From Dehalococcoidia bacterium (lineage in GTDB: Bacteria; Chloroflexota; Dehalococcoidia; Lucifugimonadales; UBA2985): DNA of 58,389 nucleotides. The notes under the pieces are model-generated. The model made no database searches and was not told the origin of the DNA. It was given only the letters and a program-made list of their open reading frames with translations. Shown in pieces: positions 21,684-31,611 of this stretch. Both the position numbers and the translations under genes were made by a program. How positions within the stretch are numbered: the first letter of the stretch is position 1; each line of letters begins with the position of its first letter. The stretch lies in contig CAUZMC010000005.1 of assembly GCA_963580875.1 (NCBI GenBank), positions 1-58,389 on the forward strand, read 5' to 3'.

Positions 21684-23327
21684 ATGAACGTCACAGAGGC
21701 CATTGCGCGAGTTTTGAAATCTGAGGGCGTGGAGTGGATGGCGTGTTTTCCATCAAGCCCGCTCATAGAGGCTGTTGCCAAGGAAGGTATCCGGCCAATA
21801 TCGTTCCGTCACGAGCGTGGCGCAGTAATGGCGGCCGACGGTTTCAGCAGAATGAGCGACCGCAATAAATTTGGTGTGGTTGCCGTGCAGGATCAGGCCG
21901 GAGCTGAAAACGCCATGGGCGGCATAAGCCAGGCCTTTGCAGATAATGTGCCTATACTCGTGCTCCCACGTGGTTCAAGCCTAGAACGAACAGCTGTGCG
22001 TCCATACTTCTCAGCATTAAGGACGTATCAGAGTATTACCAAACAAGTAGAGATGATCGCCAGACCAGACATGGTCAACGACATCATGAGGCGTGCTTTT
22101 CATGCACTTCGCAATGGCCGTCCAGGCCCAGTTGTGGTTGAAATGCCCTCAGACGTATGCGAGCAGGAAGTCCCTGAGGGAGTACTGCCATACCACTCCC
22201 CAAAGATCTCCATACAGGTACCATCGGCCTCTGACATAAAGGAAGCAGTCAAAATATTGCTGAAGGCTAAAAAGCCTGTCATATGGGCAGGAATGGGAGT
22301 CCTACTATCCGGCGCAACGGAAGAACTAAGGGAATTCGCAGAGCTTATAGAAATCCCTGTCTATACCACAATGCCAGGCAAATCCTCCATCGATGAGAGA
22401 CACCCACTCGCCCTTGGCGGAGGCAGCAGCGCCACTACGCTAGCAGCCAGTCAGTGGCTACAGGAGTCGGACGTGCTGTTCGCGGTTGGATCCAGCATGA
22501 CCAAGACCGGCTATGGACAACCGATTCCTCCCGGCAAAACCATAATCCACAGTGTCGGCAGCACGGAAGACATCAACAAAGACTTCCCCGTTGAAGTTGC
22601 ATTGCCAGGCGACGCCAAAGCAACTCTACAGGCAATGATCGAGGAAGTCCTGACACAGCTCGGTAAAAACGGGCGCAAGGATAAAACCGGTGTGCCGGCC
22701 CAGGTGGCAAAGGTCAAGGAGGGTTGGCTAAAGGCTTGGATGCCTCTGCTTACCAACAACGAAGAGCCAATCAACCCATATCGAGTGATCTGGGAACTGA
22801 ACCAGAACATTGACCTTGAAAACAGCATAGTTACTCATGACGCAGGATCTCCGCGCGACATGATGGTCCCATTCTTCACAGCAACCTCACCACATAGCTA
22901 CATAGGCTGGGGCAAATCGACTCATCTAGGCTACGGGATTCCTCTCATGATCGGTGCAAAGATGGCCTACCCTGACAGATTCTGCCTAAACTTCATGGGC
23001 GACGCCGCATTCGGCATGTCAGGATTGGACATTGAAACTGCAGCACGGGCAGGAGTGCCAATCACCACCGTCGTACTAAACAACGGTGGAATGGCAACGT
23101 ACCCAGGCGGATTCCCAACCGCTCGTGAGGTATACGGCGTCTCACACATGATAGGCGATTACGCCAAGATAGCCGATGGCATGGGAGCAGTCGGTATCAC
23201 TGTCACCAAGACAAACGAACTGGCTCCTGCCATCAAAAGCGCTCAGAAGCTAAACGCAAACGGCAAAACAGTCCTTCTAGATATCCATACACGCCCAGAT
23301 GACAACAGGTCGCCAAAGGATAAATAA
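21684..23327 (+). CDS. Thiamine-diphosphate-dependent enzyme (acetolactate synthase-like family)
   Basis: RHERGAVMAADG, GRPGPVVVE and ThDP motif GDAAFG...VLNN. Confidence 0.92.
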   Translation: MNVTEAIARVLKSEGVEWMACFPSSPLIEAVAKEGIRPISFRHERGAVMAADGFSRMSDRNKFGVVAVQDQAGAENAMGGISQAFADNVPILVLPRGSSLERTAVRPYFSALRTYQSITKQVEMIARPDMVNDIMRRAFHALRNGRPGPVVVEMPSDVCEQEVPEGVLPYHSPKISIQVPSASDIKEAVKILLKAKKPVIWAGMGVLLSGATEELREFAELIEIPVYTTMPGKSSIDERHPLALGGGSSATTLAASQWLQESDVLFAVGSSMTKTGYGQPIPPGKTIIHSVGSTEDINKDFPVEVALPGDAKATLQAMIEEVLTQLGKNGRKDKTGVPAQVAKVKEGWLKAWMPLLTNNEEPINPYRVIWELNQNIDLENSIVTHDAGSPRDMMVPFFTATSPHSYIGWGKSTHLGYGIPLMIGAKMAYPDRFCLNFMGDAAFGMSGLDIETAARAGVPITTVVLNNGGMATYPGGFPTAREVYGVSHMIGDYAKIADGMGAVGITVTKTNELAPAIKSAQKLNANGKTVLLDIHTRPDDNRSPKDK

Positions 23328-23420
23328 CGCCCGGACATACATACAAGGACTTTTCATTATAGTTCCTAGCTGATTCCGTGTCGGTACACAGTGTAACTGC
23401 TAAAATCTACCGAATTTATA

Positions 23421-24548
23421 TTGATGAGGCCACAAGTGACAATTGAGTTTGTGACAATTCAAGAAGTAATCCAGGCAGCGCATCATAATCTGAGCCAAGG
23501 AACGTGGGGCTATCTATCAGGTGGTTCAGAGTCAGAAACTACCTTGAGGCGTAACCGACTAGCCTTCGATCAGTTGGCCTTCCGCCCTCGTGTTCTCGTA
23601 GATGTATCTAACATAGATACATCCAGCACTCTCCTCGGTCACAATATGCGCATTCCTGTAATACTGGCCCCAGTTGGCTCACAACAGGTATTCACACCCG
23701 ATGGCGGTATTGCAGCAACCAAATCAGCAGATGAATTCGGGATACTGGATGTCATCAGCTCAGTTACCGAGCCTAGCCTCGAGGATATTGCTTCAGCAGC
23801 CACCAATCCAAAGGTTTTCCAGCTCTACCTGAATGGAGACTGGGATTGGACTAAGGAGATGATTGCTAGGGTGAAGCAGTCCGGCTATTCAGCTCTGTGC
23901 ATAACCACAGATACAGCACGTCCGAGCCGCAGGGATAGAACTATGCTGGCACGGTGGAGTCCACGTGATAATTTCCTTGGTTCCGGAGCACCAAACAAAC
24001 ACCAGGTGTCCGGCGGTAGAAACGGAGGCCACGCTTCGTCAGTAACATGGGAAACAATTGACAGGATCAGGGAATTGGCTGGCCTTCCATTCATGCTCAA
24101 GGGCATTGCAACAGCCGAGGACGCGGTTCTGGCGGTTGAACACGGCGCCGACGCTGTCTGGGTATCAAACCACGGTGGCCGACAACTGGACCACGGACGT
24201 GGAACAATAGAGACTCTACCTGAAATCGCCGACGCTATAGCAGGCAGAGCAGAAATCATCTTGGATGGAGGCATCCAGCGCGGCAGCGACGTGCTGAAAG
24301 CCTTAGCGCTCGGAGCAAATGCAACGGCAATCGGAAAGCTCCAATGCTGGGGGCTGGCGGCAGCTGGTACAAAAGGCCTTGTACGGACACTGGAGATTCT
24401 GGAGGACGAAATGATTTCTGCAATGGGACTACTCGGAGTCACGTCAATCGACCAGCTTTCTACAGCCTATGTACGCAAGGCAGACGCCGTCACTACTCCC
24501 CATGAGATGAGCAGTTGGGTCAATATACCCGAGAACAGAATACTCTAA
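23421..24548 (+). CDS. FMN-dependent alpha-hydroxy acid oxidase/dehydrogenase
   Basis: FRPRVL, FQLY, LKGI, SNHGGRQLD and DGGIQRGSDVLKALALGA. Confidence 0.94.
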   Translation: MMRPQVTIEFVTIQEVIQAAHHNLSQGTWGYLSGGSESETTLRRNRLAFDQLAFRPRVLVDVSNIDTSSTLLGHNMRIPVILAPVGSQQVFTPDGGIAATKSADEFGILDVISSVTEPSLEDIASAATNPKVFQLYLNGDWDWTKEMIARVKQSGYSALCITTDTARPSRRDRTMLARWSPRDNFLGSGAPNKHQVSGGRNGGHASSVTWETIDRIRELAGLPFMLKGIATAEDAVLAVEHGADAVWVSNHGGRQLDHGRGTIETLPEIADAIAGRAEIILDGGIQRGSDVLKALALGANATAIGKLQCWGLAAAGTKGLVRTLEILEDEMISAMGLLGVTSIDQLSTAYVRKADAVTTPHEMSSWVNIPENRIL

Positions 24549-24566
24549 GGTTACACACCAGCAGAG

Positions 24567-27218
24567 CTAGACCACACCACCTTCGGCCAGTACTGATAAG
24601 TCAGCATGGGACAGCCCCAACTCTCTGCAGAGTATCTCTTCGTTATGTTCCCCAATGAGTGGCGCACGCCGTGAGATTTTCCAGGGCGACCCGTTCCAAA
24701 TCGCAGCAGATCCGGGATATTTGAAGCTGCGTCCAAACTCAGGATGTTCCACTTCTACCCAAAATCCACGATCTTGTAGGTGTTCATCTCCAACCAATTC
24801 ATCTGGAGCGCGGATAGCGCCCCATGAGAATTTCCGATTCTGAGATTCCAGATATAACTCTGTCGATGTAACGTTCGCAGCGAAGTTAGACAATACCTCA
24901 AGGACATGTGGGGTATTGTCCTTAACAACATCAGGATCATCGTACTTCTCATCCAATAGATCATCCGCCAGACTGTGACTGTCCATCCACTCGGCCAGCA
25001 CACGCAGGTTCTTAGGAGTGAGACGTACACCAATCGTCGCGTTCACCCATCGGCCATCGTTGCAAAGGAGTTGGGGCCTACCTCGAGTCATGACCCTTCC
25101 TGTGTAGATGTAGTTATTTACGTGTCCTTCTGTAGTGAGAGCACAGGAATCATGAACGGAAGTATCAATGGACTGCCCTCTTCCAGTAACATCTCGATAG
25201 CAGAGTGCAGCCATGATGGCAATGTACGAATAATGGCTCCCCATGTGCCATGCCTGCCCACCTCCCGGAGCGATTGGTGGGGCAGCCGCCAACTGTTCGT
25301 CTAGGTACCCACACATGGCCATCTGACCTCCGGCCGCTAGGTGTGTCATGTCGCTGGTGGCGTAATCCCGCCATGGTCCCGTCTGGCCGAAGTCGGTGAG
25401 CGAACACATGATTAAGCGAGGATTCTCCTGCTTGAGGTTCTCATATCCCAGTCCCAAAGAAGGAAGATAACCTGCTTGAAATGTCTCCAGGATGATGTCG
25501 GCGGTCGAAGCCAGACGGCGAAACAAGTCCCGTCCATCTTCAGTTTCTAGGCTAAGGGTTATCCCTCTTTTAGAAGTATTGTAGTGCCAGAAGGAAAGGC
25601 TCCGCTCCCTATTCGGAATATCTTCGTAGAACGGACCAGCTGTTCTAGTCAACTCACCACCTGGAGGCTCTATCTTGATGACCTCAGCACCAAGATCGGC
25701 CATGAGCTTACCGCACCACTGCCCCTTCTTGTCAGCCAACTCCAGCACCCGTAAGCCAGACAAAGGGCCGTGAGGGGTAGCATTCCTCTCAGTAACGCTT
25801 TCTTGCTTGACAAAACCGTTGGAAGATAAAACGTGCGTTTCATTGTCCTTACTAAGAGTATTCCGTATTATCTCCGTCACGTACGGGTAGAGATCAAGGC
25901 TAATGCTGTTCGGCCAAAATGTGCCATCCTCATATCCTGCCACAAGTTCCGAATGACTAAGGCCGAGAATCCCCTCGAACACTTCGCTGTTGTGCTGGCC
26001 TATCAGCGGGCCTGGACGGCTGTTGAACGCAGGTGTCTCAGACATCTTGAATGGAGCGTTTTGAAGCTTACGGATTCCGAGGACTGGGTGTTCCATCTCA
26101 AGATACATCTCTCGATGGCGAAGCTGAGGGTCGTGCTCCACCCTGTTCTCAGAGCTTTGCACAGGCATGGAGCGCACTCCGGCAGCCTGGCACAATTCCA
26201 TAATTTCATACTTGTTCAAAGCTATCGTCCAACTTTCAATCTCCTGATCCAATTCTTCTTGGTGTTCCAAGCGGCCCGCCATGGTAGCGAACTTCTGTGA
26301 AGCGGCCCATTCTGGAGAGCCCATCACCTTCACAAAACTCCTCCACTCTTCATCAGAGTGGCATATGATAACGCACCAGTCGTTGTAGTCTGCTGGGTTA
26401 GTTCTATACGCATTATGTGGAGCGACGGTTGGTCCGCGGTAGTTGTTCAAAAGTGGGGTGTTGGGCCAGTGCGCACGGTTGCCAGGCGGGTAACCCTCAC
26501 GACGTGAAGCGCGGTTGTTTATTGTCGTATCTAGGATGGCAGATCCTGTTAAGGTGATGCCCATGATCATCTGTGCCAGGTCCACATATTGGCCTTCGCC
26601 AGTCGCGTTACGGTGGTGCAGCGCAGTGAGAACCGACATCGCTCCGTACATACCACCTGTGTCATCCAAATATGACCATCCCCATCCTGCTGGGACTTCA
26701 CCGGGCAGGCCAGATAGGAACGTCTGACCAGATAAGGCCTGAGCGGAAGAGCCGAAAGTAGTGTGATAGTGATGACGTCCCGTATGGCCTAACCCTGCCA
26801 TAGACACGTAGATAATATCAGGGCGCAACTTACGAAGTTCTTCGTAACCAAGGCCCCAACTCTCCATCACTCTGGAGCTGAAATTCTCGATTACAACATC
26901 TGAAATGGAGATGAGCCGCTTAATTAGTTCCATTCCACGCGGAGTTCGCGTATTCAGGCTGATACTCAGTTTATTTGCATTGGTGTCGTTGAATTGACCC
27001 GACGTATTAAGGGAGTTCTCTATGTCCGGTGGAGTAGTACCGATATTTCCTCGAAGAATATCGGGATTCTCGGGCCACTCCACTTTGATTATCTGAGCGC
27101 CCAATGACCCAAGCCATCGGTTGCACCAAGGGCCAGCTCTAACCCAAGTAAAGTCGAGCACCCTGATACCTTCTAGGGCTCTCGGCGTAGTTGCCACTCT
27201 CGTTTCAGGTTGAACCAT
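24567..27218 (-). CDS. Tandem-fused class III (CaiB/BaiF) CoA-transferase
   Basis: Two complete family III domains: LEGIRVLDFT...LGAQIIKVE...ENF and LSGLRVLELA...LGAEVIKIEPPGG...ETF. Each ends in a P(L)IG(Q/E)HN motif. SD AGGAGGTG precedes ATG 27218. Confidence 0.92.
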   Translation of the reverse strand: MVQPETRVATTPRALEGIRVLDFTWVRAGPWCNRWLGSLGAQIIKVEWPENPDILRGNIGTTPPDIENSLNTSGQFNDTNANKLSISLNTRTPRGMELIKRLISISDVVIENFSSRVMESWGLGYEELRKLRPDIIYVSMAGLGHTGRHHYHTTFGSSAQALSGQTFLSGLPGEVPAGWGWSYLDDTGGMYGAMSVLTALHHRNATGEGQYVDLAQMIMGITLTGSAILDTTINNRASRREGYPPGNRAHWPNTPLLNNYRGPTVAPHNAYRTNPADYNDWCVIICHSDEEWRSFVKVMGSPEWAASQKFATMAGRLEHQEELDQEIESWTIALNKYEIMELCQAAGVRSMPVQSSENRVEHDPQLRHREMYLEMEHPVLGIRKLQNAPFKMSETPAFNSRPGPLIGQHNSEVFEGILGLSHSELVAGYEDGTFWPNSISLDLYPYVTEIIRNTLSKDNETHVLSSNGFVKQESVTERNATPHGPLSGLRVLELADKKGQWCGKLMADLGAEVIKIEPPGGELTRTAGPFYEDIPNRERSLSFWHYNTSKRGITLSLETEDGRDLFRRLASTADIILETFQAGYLPSLGLGYENLKQENPRLIMCSLTDFGQTGPWRDYATSDMTHLAAGGQMAMCGYLDEQLAAAPPIAPGGGQAWHMGSHYSYIAIMAALCYRDVTGRGQSIDTSVHDSCALTTEGHVNNYIYTGRVMTRGRPQLLCNDGRWVNATIGVRLTPKNLRVLAEWMDSHSLADDLLDEKYDDPDVVKDNTPHVLEVLSNFAANVTSTELYLESQNRKFSWGAIRAPDELVGDEHLQDRGFWVEVEHPEFGRSFKYPGSAAIWNGSPWKISRRAPLIGEHNEEILCRELGLSHADLSVLAEGGVV

Positions 27219-27350
27219 TTCCACACCTCCTATTAAAGATGCAGGCACGACATGAATCTACTGTCAGCTACGGATGCCGCAGATTATCATGACATATATT
27301 TCCTGTCAATGTGCTGCAGTGACATGGATAGTCCAGCACCAAATAGCATT

Positions 27351-28670
27351 TTACATGATCACTCTGTCACGTAGTTCTGGTAGCAGTCGGCGCATAATGA
27401 GCATAACAATCAGACCACTGCCTGCCATCAAAGCAAGCGCCTCCTGTGTGCCCACTACTTCCGCCAATCCACCCATCACCGCCATTCCCAATGGACTGGC
27501 TCCAATACCCAGGGCTATTGCCCCCATGGCGCGTCCACGCATCTCCGAAGGCACAACACGCAGTGCAATGATTATCTGCATAGTGGCGAACCCCGACGTA
27601 CCGAGTCCTGCAACAAACAATAACACGATTGATATAAGATACACCTCAGAGAAAGCAAATAAAAAGAGCGCCCCAAGCATAAGGCTAGCCCCCATAATGT
27701 AAACTGTTCTCTGATGAGATATCTGCTTAGAGGCAATAAGCAAGGAGCCGATCAGTGCACCCATACCAGCGGCTGACATAAGGACTCCGAAAAGTACCTC
27801 ATTAACACCAAGAACATCCCGTGCAATCACAGGCACCATCTGAATGTATGGAAATCCGAAGAAATTCAAAGCCACAGTCACCAGAAATATAGACCAAAGA
27901 GCTCGGTTAGCATGCACCATTCGCACAGCATCGGCCACCTGGGAAATTATATCTTTCTCCGGAGCAGAGCTGCGCTGAATACCGTCCTTTATCAATGGTA
28001 ATATGACCATAAGTCCCATGAGGTACATTGCAATCATAACCGCGTATGTGCCTGAGAATCCAACCAGCGAAATCAGAGTACCTCCCAGAAGCGGGCCAAA
28101 CATCATACTGCCCGTCAAAGCCGCCGTATCCAGGGAGACGGCGTTGATCAATCCAGCAGGAGTAAAAAGCTCTGAGTAATACGAACGACGAGCTGAGAAG
28201 TCCAGAGTCCAGCCGCTACCAGTTAGAAAAATCGCCAAGTAGATATGCCATATCTGGATATTATCGAAAATCAAGAGTGCCAGAACAAAGCAGCTAACAG
28301 ACACATTTAGCAGTTGAACACCAACAAGCACTACAACCTTTGAGAACCGATCGGCCAGGCTACCGGCCACAAGCCCCAGCAGAAACATCGGCAGCATACG
28401 GCTCACGCCAACAAGAGCCACGCTTAATGGAGAGTCCGTTAGCTCAAGCACCAACCAGGAAAGGGCAGTCAGTTCCATAATCCTGGCTACGTATAATAGC
28501 CAGTTAGCTCCCCATAACCTCGCATAGGCAGGATTGCTCAATGCCCGAAAAGTCTGGACTTTCGCAGTCAGCAATAGAACTTGAGACAACAAAGAATTGC
28601 GCAAATTGCACTCGCGACCTTGCTGAGGATACCAGCATTCTACATCGCGCTTAACACATTGCCAATGCAA
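27351..28670 (-). CDS. MFS transporter (MFS_3-like); true start probably near 28575
   Basis: FRALSNPAYARLW, GSLADRFSK and VPSEMRGRAMG. Confidence 0.88.
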   Translation of the reverse strand: MHWQCVKRDVECWYPQQGRECNLRNSLLSQVLLLTAKVQTFRALSNPAYARLWGANWLLYVARIMELTALSWLVLELTDSPLSVALVGVSRMLPMFLLGLVAGSLADRFSKVVVLVGVQLLNVSVSCFVLALLIFDNIQIWHIYLAIFLTGSGWTLDFSARRSYYSELFTPAGLINAVSLDTAALTGSMMFGPLLGGTLISLVGFSGTYAVMIAMYLMGLMVILPLIKDGIQRSSAPEKDIISQVADAVRMVHANRALWSIFLVTVALNFFGFPYIQMVPVIARDVLGVNEVLFGVLMSAAGMGALIGSLLIASKQISHQRTVYIMGASLMLGALFLFAFSEVYLISIVLLFVAGLGTSGFATMQIIIALRVVPSEMRGRAMGAIALGIGASPLGMAVMGGLAEVVGTQEALALMAGSGLIVMLIMRRLLPELRDRVIM

Positions 28671-29028
28671 CTTTTTTCAAAAACCTGATGCCCTCTCAAC
28701 TTCTCAGACAAATCATGTAATACCAATATTGCAACACAGCATGACCGCATTAATACATATCCAATGTATTATATTCATAATAGTTACGAATATTGCCACA
28801 ATTAAATGACATACTTGACTAAAGCGATTATTGAATTTAGTCTGGAGCGGTAACTCAATGGACTCAGCATAAACATCAAGCTTTCAAACCGCGAATCGAA
28901 TAAGAATAGAGTAAAATCGTCAGAACTTTCATGACAACCATTTTGGTTTAATATTCCTAATATTCTATAATTTATGATATGCTTGTAGTGAAATTCACAA
29001 ACTACAAAAGTACCAGGAGGGTTGAGCG

Positions 29029-30162
29029 ATGAAGACCCATAAGCTTTTCATATTAATGCTGTCGATACTATCCATGATCTTCATTGTGGGCTGTGGAGGT
29101 GGAGGCAGTGGCTTCGCACCGATGTTAGAGGGCCGAGGAGAACATGCAGCAGCGCTACTCAACGACGGCCGCCTACTGGTGGCCGGCGGACGTGGATCAT
29201 CAGTGCTCGTCTCCGCAGAGGTGTACGACACGACCACCGCTGAATGGTCGTCAGGCGGTAGCATGGCGAATGCACGATATAAGCACACGCTGACGACATT
29301 GAACGACGGCAAAGTATTGGCAGTTGGCGGCGGAGCTGCAGCCGATATTAGCGCATCTACGGCGGAAATATACGACCCATCCAAGGGCACATGGTCATCT
29401 GCTGGTAGCATGATATGGCCACATGGCATCGGACATACTGCCACACTGTTGGACGACGGCAAGCTACTGGTAACCGGCGGTTTGACTCTGGTCGAAGGCA
29501 CAAAACGAACCGCCGTATTTGCAGAATTGTATGATCCATCCACAGGAGAATGGTCACTTACCGGCGATATGACCGAAAAACGAGAGAAACATCAGGCAGT
29601 ACTGCTGAAAAATGGTTCAGTACTAATCGTTGGAGGAACATCGTCGGATTTGTACGACCCAACCACAGGTATATTTTCCAAGGCTGGCACATTTGAAAAG
29701 AGCCATGATGAGGATTTCTCAGCTACGCTGCTGAACGACGGGAGAGTCATTGTGGCCGGCGGCGGTACCAAAGGGCAATACGCGAGCACGAAGCAACTGA
29801 GCCACGTCGATATATACGACCCGTCTACCGGAGAGTGGTCGTCTGCCACTGATATGACTACCAAGAGCTGGGGCCACACTGCAACAGTCCTAAATGACGG
29901 CAATCTCTTAATTATGAATTACAAGTCAGCCGAGTTGTATAACCCGGATACGAACGCATGGACATTTGTTAATAATCTGCCACAAAAACATGGTGATTCA
30001 CCAGGTGGCAAGTCACACACCTCAACGCTGATGGCAGACGGCACCGTACTCATAGTCGGTGGCGGCGATGTCAAATACACCGTTAATGGATTTGCACAAG
30101 AACGTAATGGCCTGGTTGAAGTGGATGTATACAACACAGCCATACCGTGGCCAACAAAATAA
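29029..30162 (+). CDS. Kelch-repeat beta-propeller lipoprotein
   Basis: Signal peptide with lipobox IVGC, then 6-7 repeats of H-x-ATLL-x-DG-xx-LV-x-GG...AE-x-YDP-x-TG-x-WS. SD AGGAGG. Confidence 0.9.
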   Translation: MKTHKLFILMLSILSMIFIVGCGGGGSGFAPMLEGRGEHAAALLNDGRLLVAGGRGSSVLVSAEVYDTTTAEWSSGGSMANARYKHTLTTLNDGKVLAVGGGAAADISASTAEIYDPSKGTWSSAGSMIWPHGIGHTATLLDDGKLLVTGGLTLVEGTKRTAVFAELYDPSTGEWSLTGDMTEKREKHQAVLLKNGSVLIVGGTSSDLYDPTTGIFSKAGTFEKSHDEDFSATLLNDGRVIVAGGGTKGQYASTKQLSHVDIYDPSTGEWSSATDMTTKSWGHTATVLNDGNLLIMNYKSAELYNPDTNAWTFVNNLPQKHGDSPGGKSHTSTLMADGTVLIVGGGDVKYTVNGFAQERNGLVEVDVYNTAIPWPTK

Positions 30163-30194
30163 AGGACTAGTCTAGTCACTAGCGGCTATAAACG

Positions 30195-30242
30195 ATTCAG
30201 AATGCCATGTGGCACAGTGCTGTGTCGCATGGCATTCTGAAT
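30195..30242. repeat. Long inverted repeat (terminator-like hairpin)
   Basis: ATTCAGAATGCCATG-TGGCACAG-TG-CTGTGTCG-CATGGCATTCTGAAT: 15 perfect bp plus a G-U-containing extension. Confidence 0.8.
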
Positions 30243-30444
30243 ATACGACATTCGAGAGCCCTTTGCCGTAGCCCATTACAAAGAGCTCCAAAAACTCAAT
30301 TAAACAAAATTATGCCACAACAAATCCGTCACTTTATTAAACAAGCCCCATCCCATACAATTCCCACAGCCTATTGTCCCAATGAGCATTCTACTCATGG
30401 GGACAGCTAAAACCTCAACCTGACATTTCCTAGGAGATATCACA

Positions 30445-31554
30445 ATGAATGCCTTGGTAATCGGTGGAACCGGACCATCTGGCCCCCACATCGTCAATGG
30501 CCTGATAGAAAGAGGATACGATGTGGCCGTATTACACGGTGGCCAACACGAGGCAGAATTCATACAACCTGTGGAGCACATCCATACCGACCCACATTTC
30601 GCTGAAACACTTGAATCCGGCCTAGGAGGCCGTACATTCGATGTAGCAATAGCCACTTACGGGAGAATACGTCTAATTGCCAACGTGCTCAAAGGCAAAA
30701 CACAGCGGCTCATAACAGTAAGTGGCGGGATGCTATACGCAGATAGAAACGACCCTCGATGGGGCCCATTGGGAGCGCCAACTGTCATCCCAGAAGACAG
30801 CCCTTTGACTGAAGACCCAAACGGTCCTCGGCTTCCATACATGATATGGTTTACAGAGCAGGCGATCTTGCAAGCTCATAGTGAAGGCCACTTCAACGCA
30901 ACGATATTTCGTTACCCAGTGATCTACGGCCCCGGTGCTCCAGCCAACCCTGAGTGGAGCATCGTACGGAGGATACTCGATTCGCGCAAACGCATCATAG
31001 TATCCAGCGGTAGAGGACTGAGCAGACGAGCCTCCGGTCAAAACGCCGCCCACGCAGTCCTGCTGGGCATAGACAAACCAACTGAATCAAGTGGGCAGAT
31101 ATATAACGTTGGAGAGGAAGTCCAGTATTCACAACGTCAGATTATCGAGTTCATCACAAATCTGTTGAACCACGAGTGGGAACTGGTTGAAATACCCGCT
31201 AACTTAGCACACAGAGCCTACCATGGAGGTAGTGCTCAAGGAACTGGCGGCGGGTCTGACTTCGATATCACAAAAATACGTACCCAGTTGGGATACAATG
31301 ATGTAATATCTGTATCCGAAGCTCTCACCCAGTCCGCCGAGTGGCTCATGTCAAACCGTCCAGAACGCGGCGGGGAGATTGAGCAGCAACTTGGCGACCC
31401 ATTTGCTTATGACGCTGAAGATGCGCTAATAAAGGCGTATATAGAAGGCACGATCCAGGCAGAAAGCATCCAATTCCCGGAGATGTATTCCGGCCATATG
31501 TATCGGCATCCCAAGCAACCTGGCGAAGCTTGGTCTCCACAATCGCCCCGTTAA
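30445..31554 (+). CDS. NAD-dependent epimerase/dehydratase-like atypical SDR
   Basis: VIGGTGPSG, FRYPVIYGP and GQIYNVG. No canonical YxxxK. Confidence 0.85.
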   Translation: MNALVIGGTGPSGPHIVNGLIERGYDVAVLHGGQHEAEFIQPVEHIHTDPHFAETLESGLGGRTFDVAIATYGRIRLIANVLKGKTQRLITVSGGMLYADRNDPRWGPLGAPTVIPEDSPLTEDPNGPRLPYMIWFTEQAILQAHSEGHFNATIFRYPVIYGPGAPANPEWSIVRRILDSRKRIIVSSGRGLSRRASGQNAAHAVLLGIDKPTESSGQIYNVGEEVQYSQRQIIEFITNLLNHEWELVEIPANLAHRAYHGGSAQGTGGGSDFDITKIRTQLGYNDVISVSEALTQSAEWLMSNRPERGGEIEQQLGDPFAYDAEDALIKAYIEGTIQAESIQFPEMYSGHMYRHPKQPGEAWSPQSPR

Positions 31555-31611
31555 TCACGCACGCCTTAAAGTATTCCAATCACAAATCCCGTCGCTGGAG
31601 GAATAAAGGAA

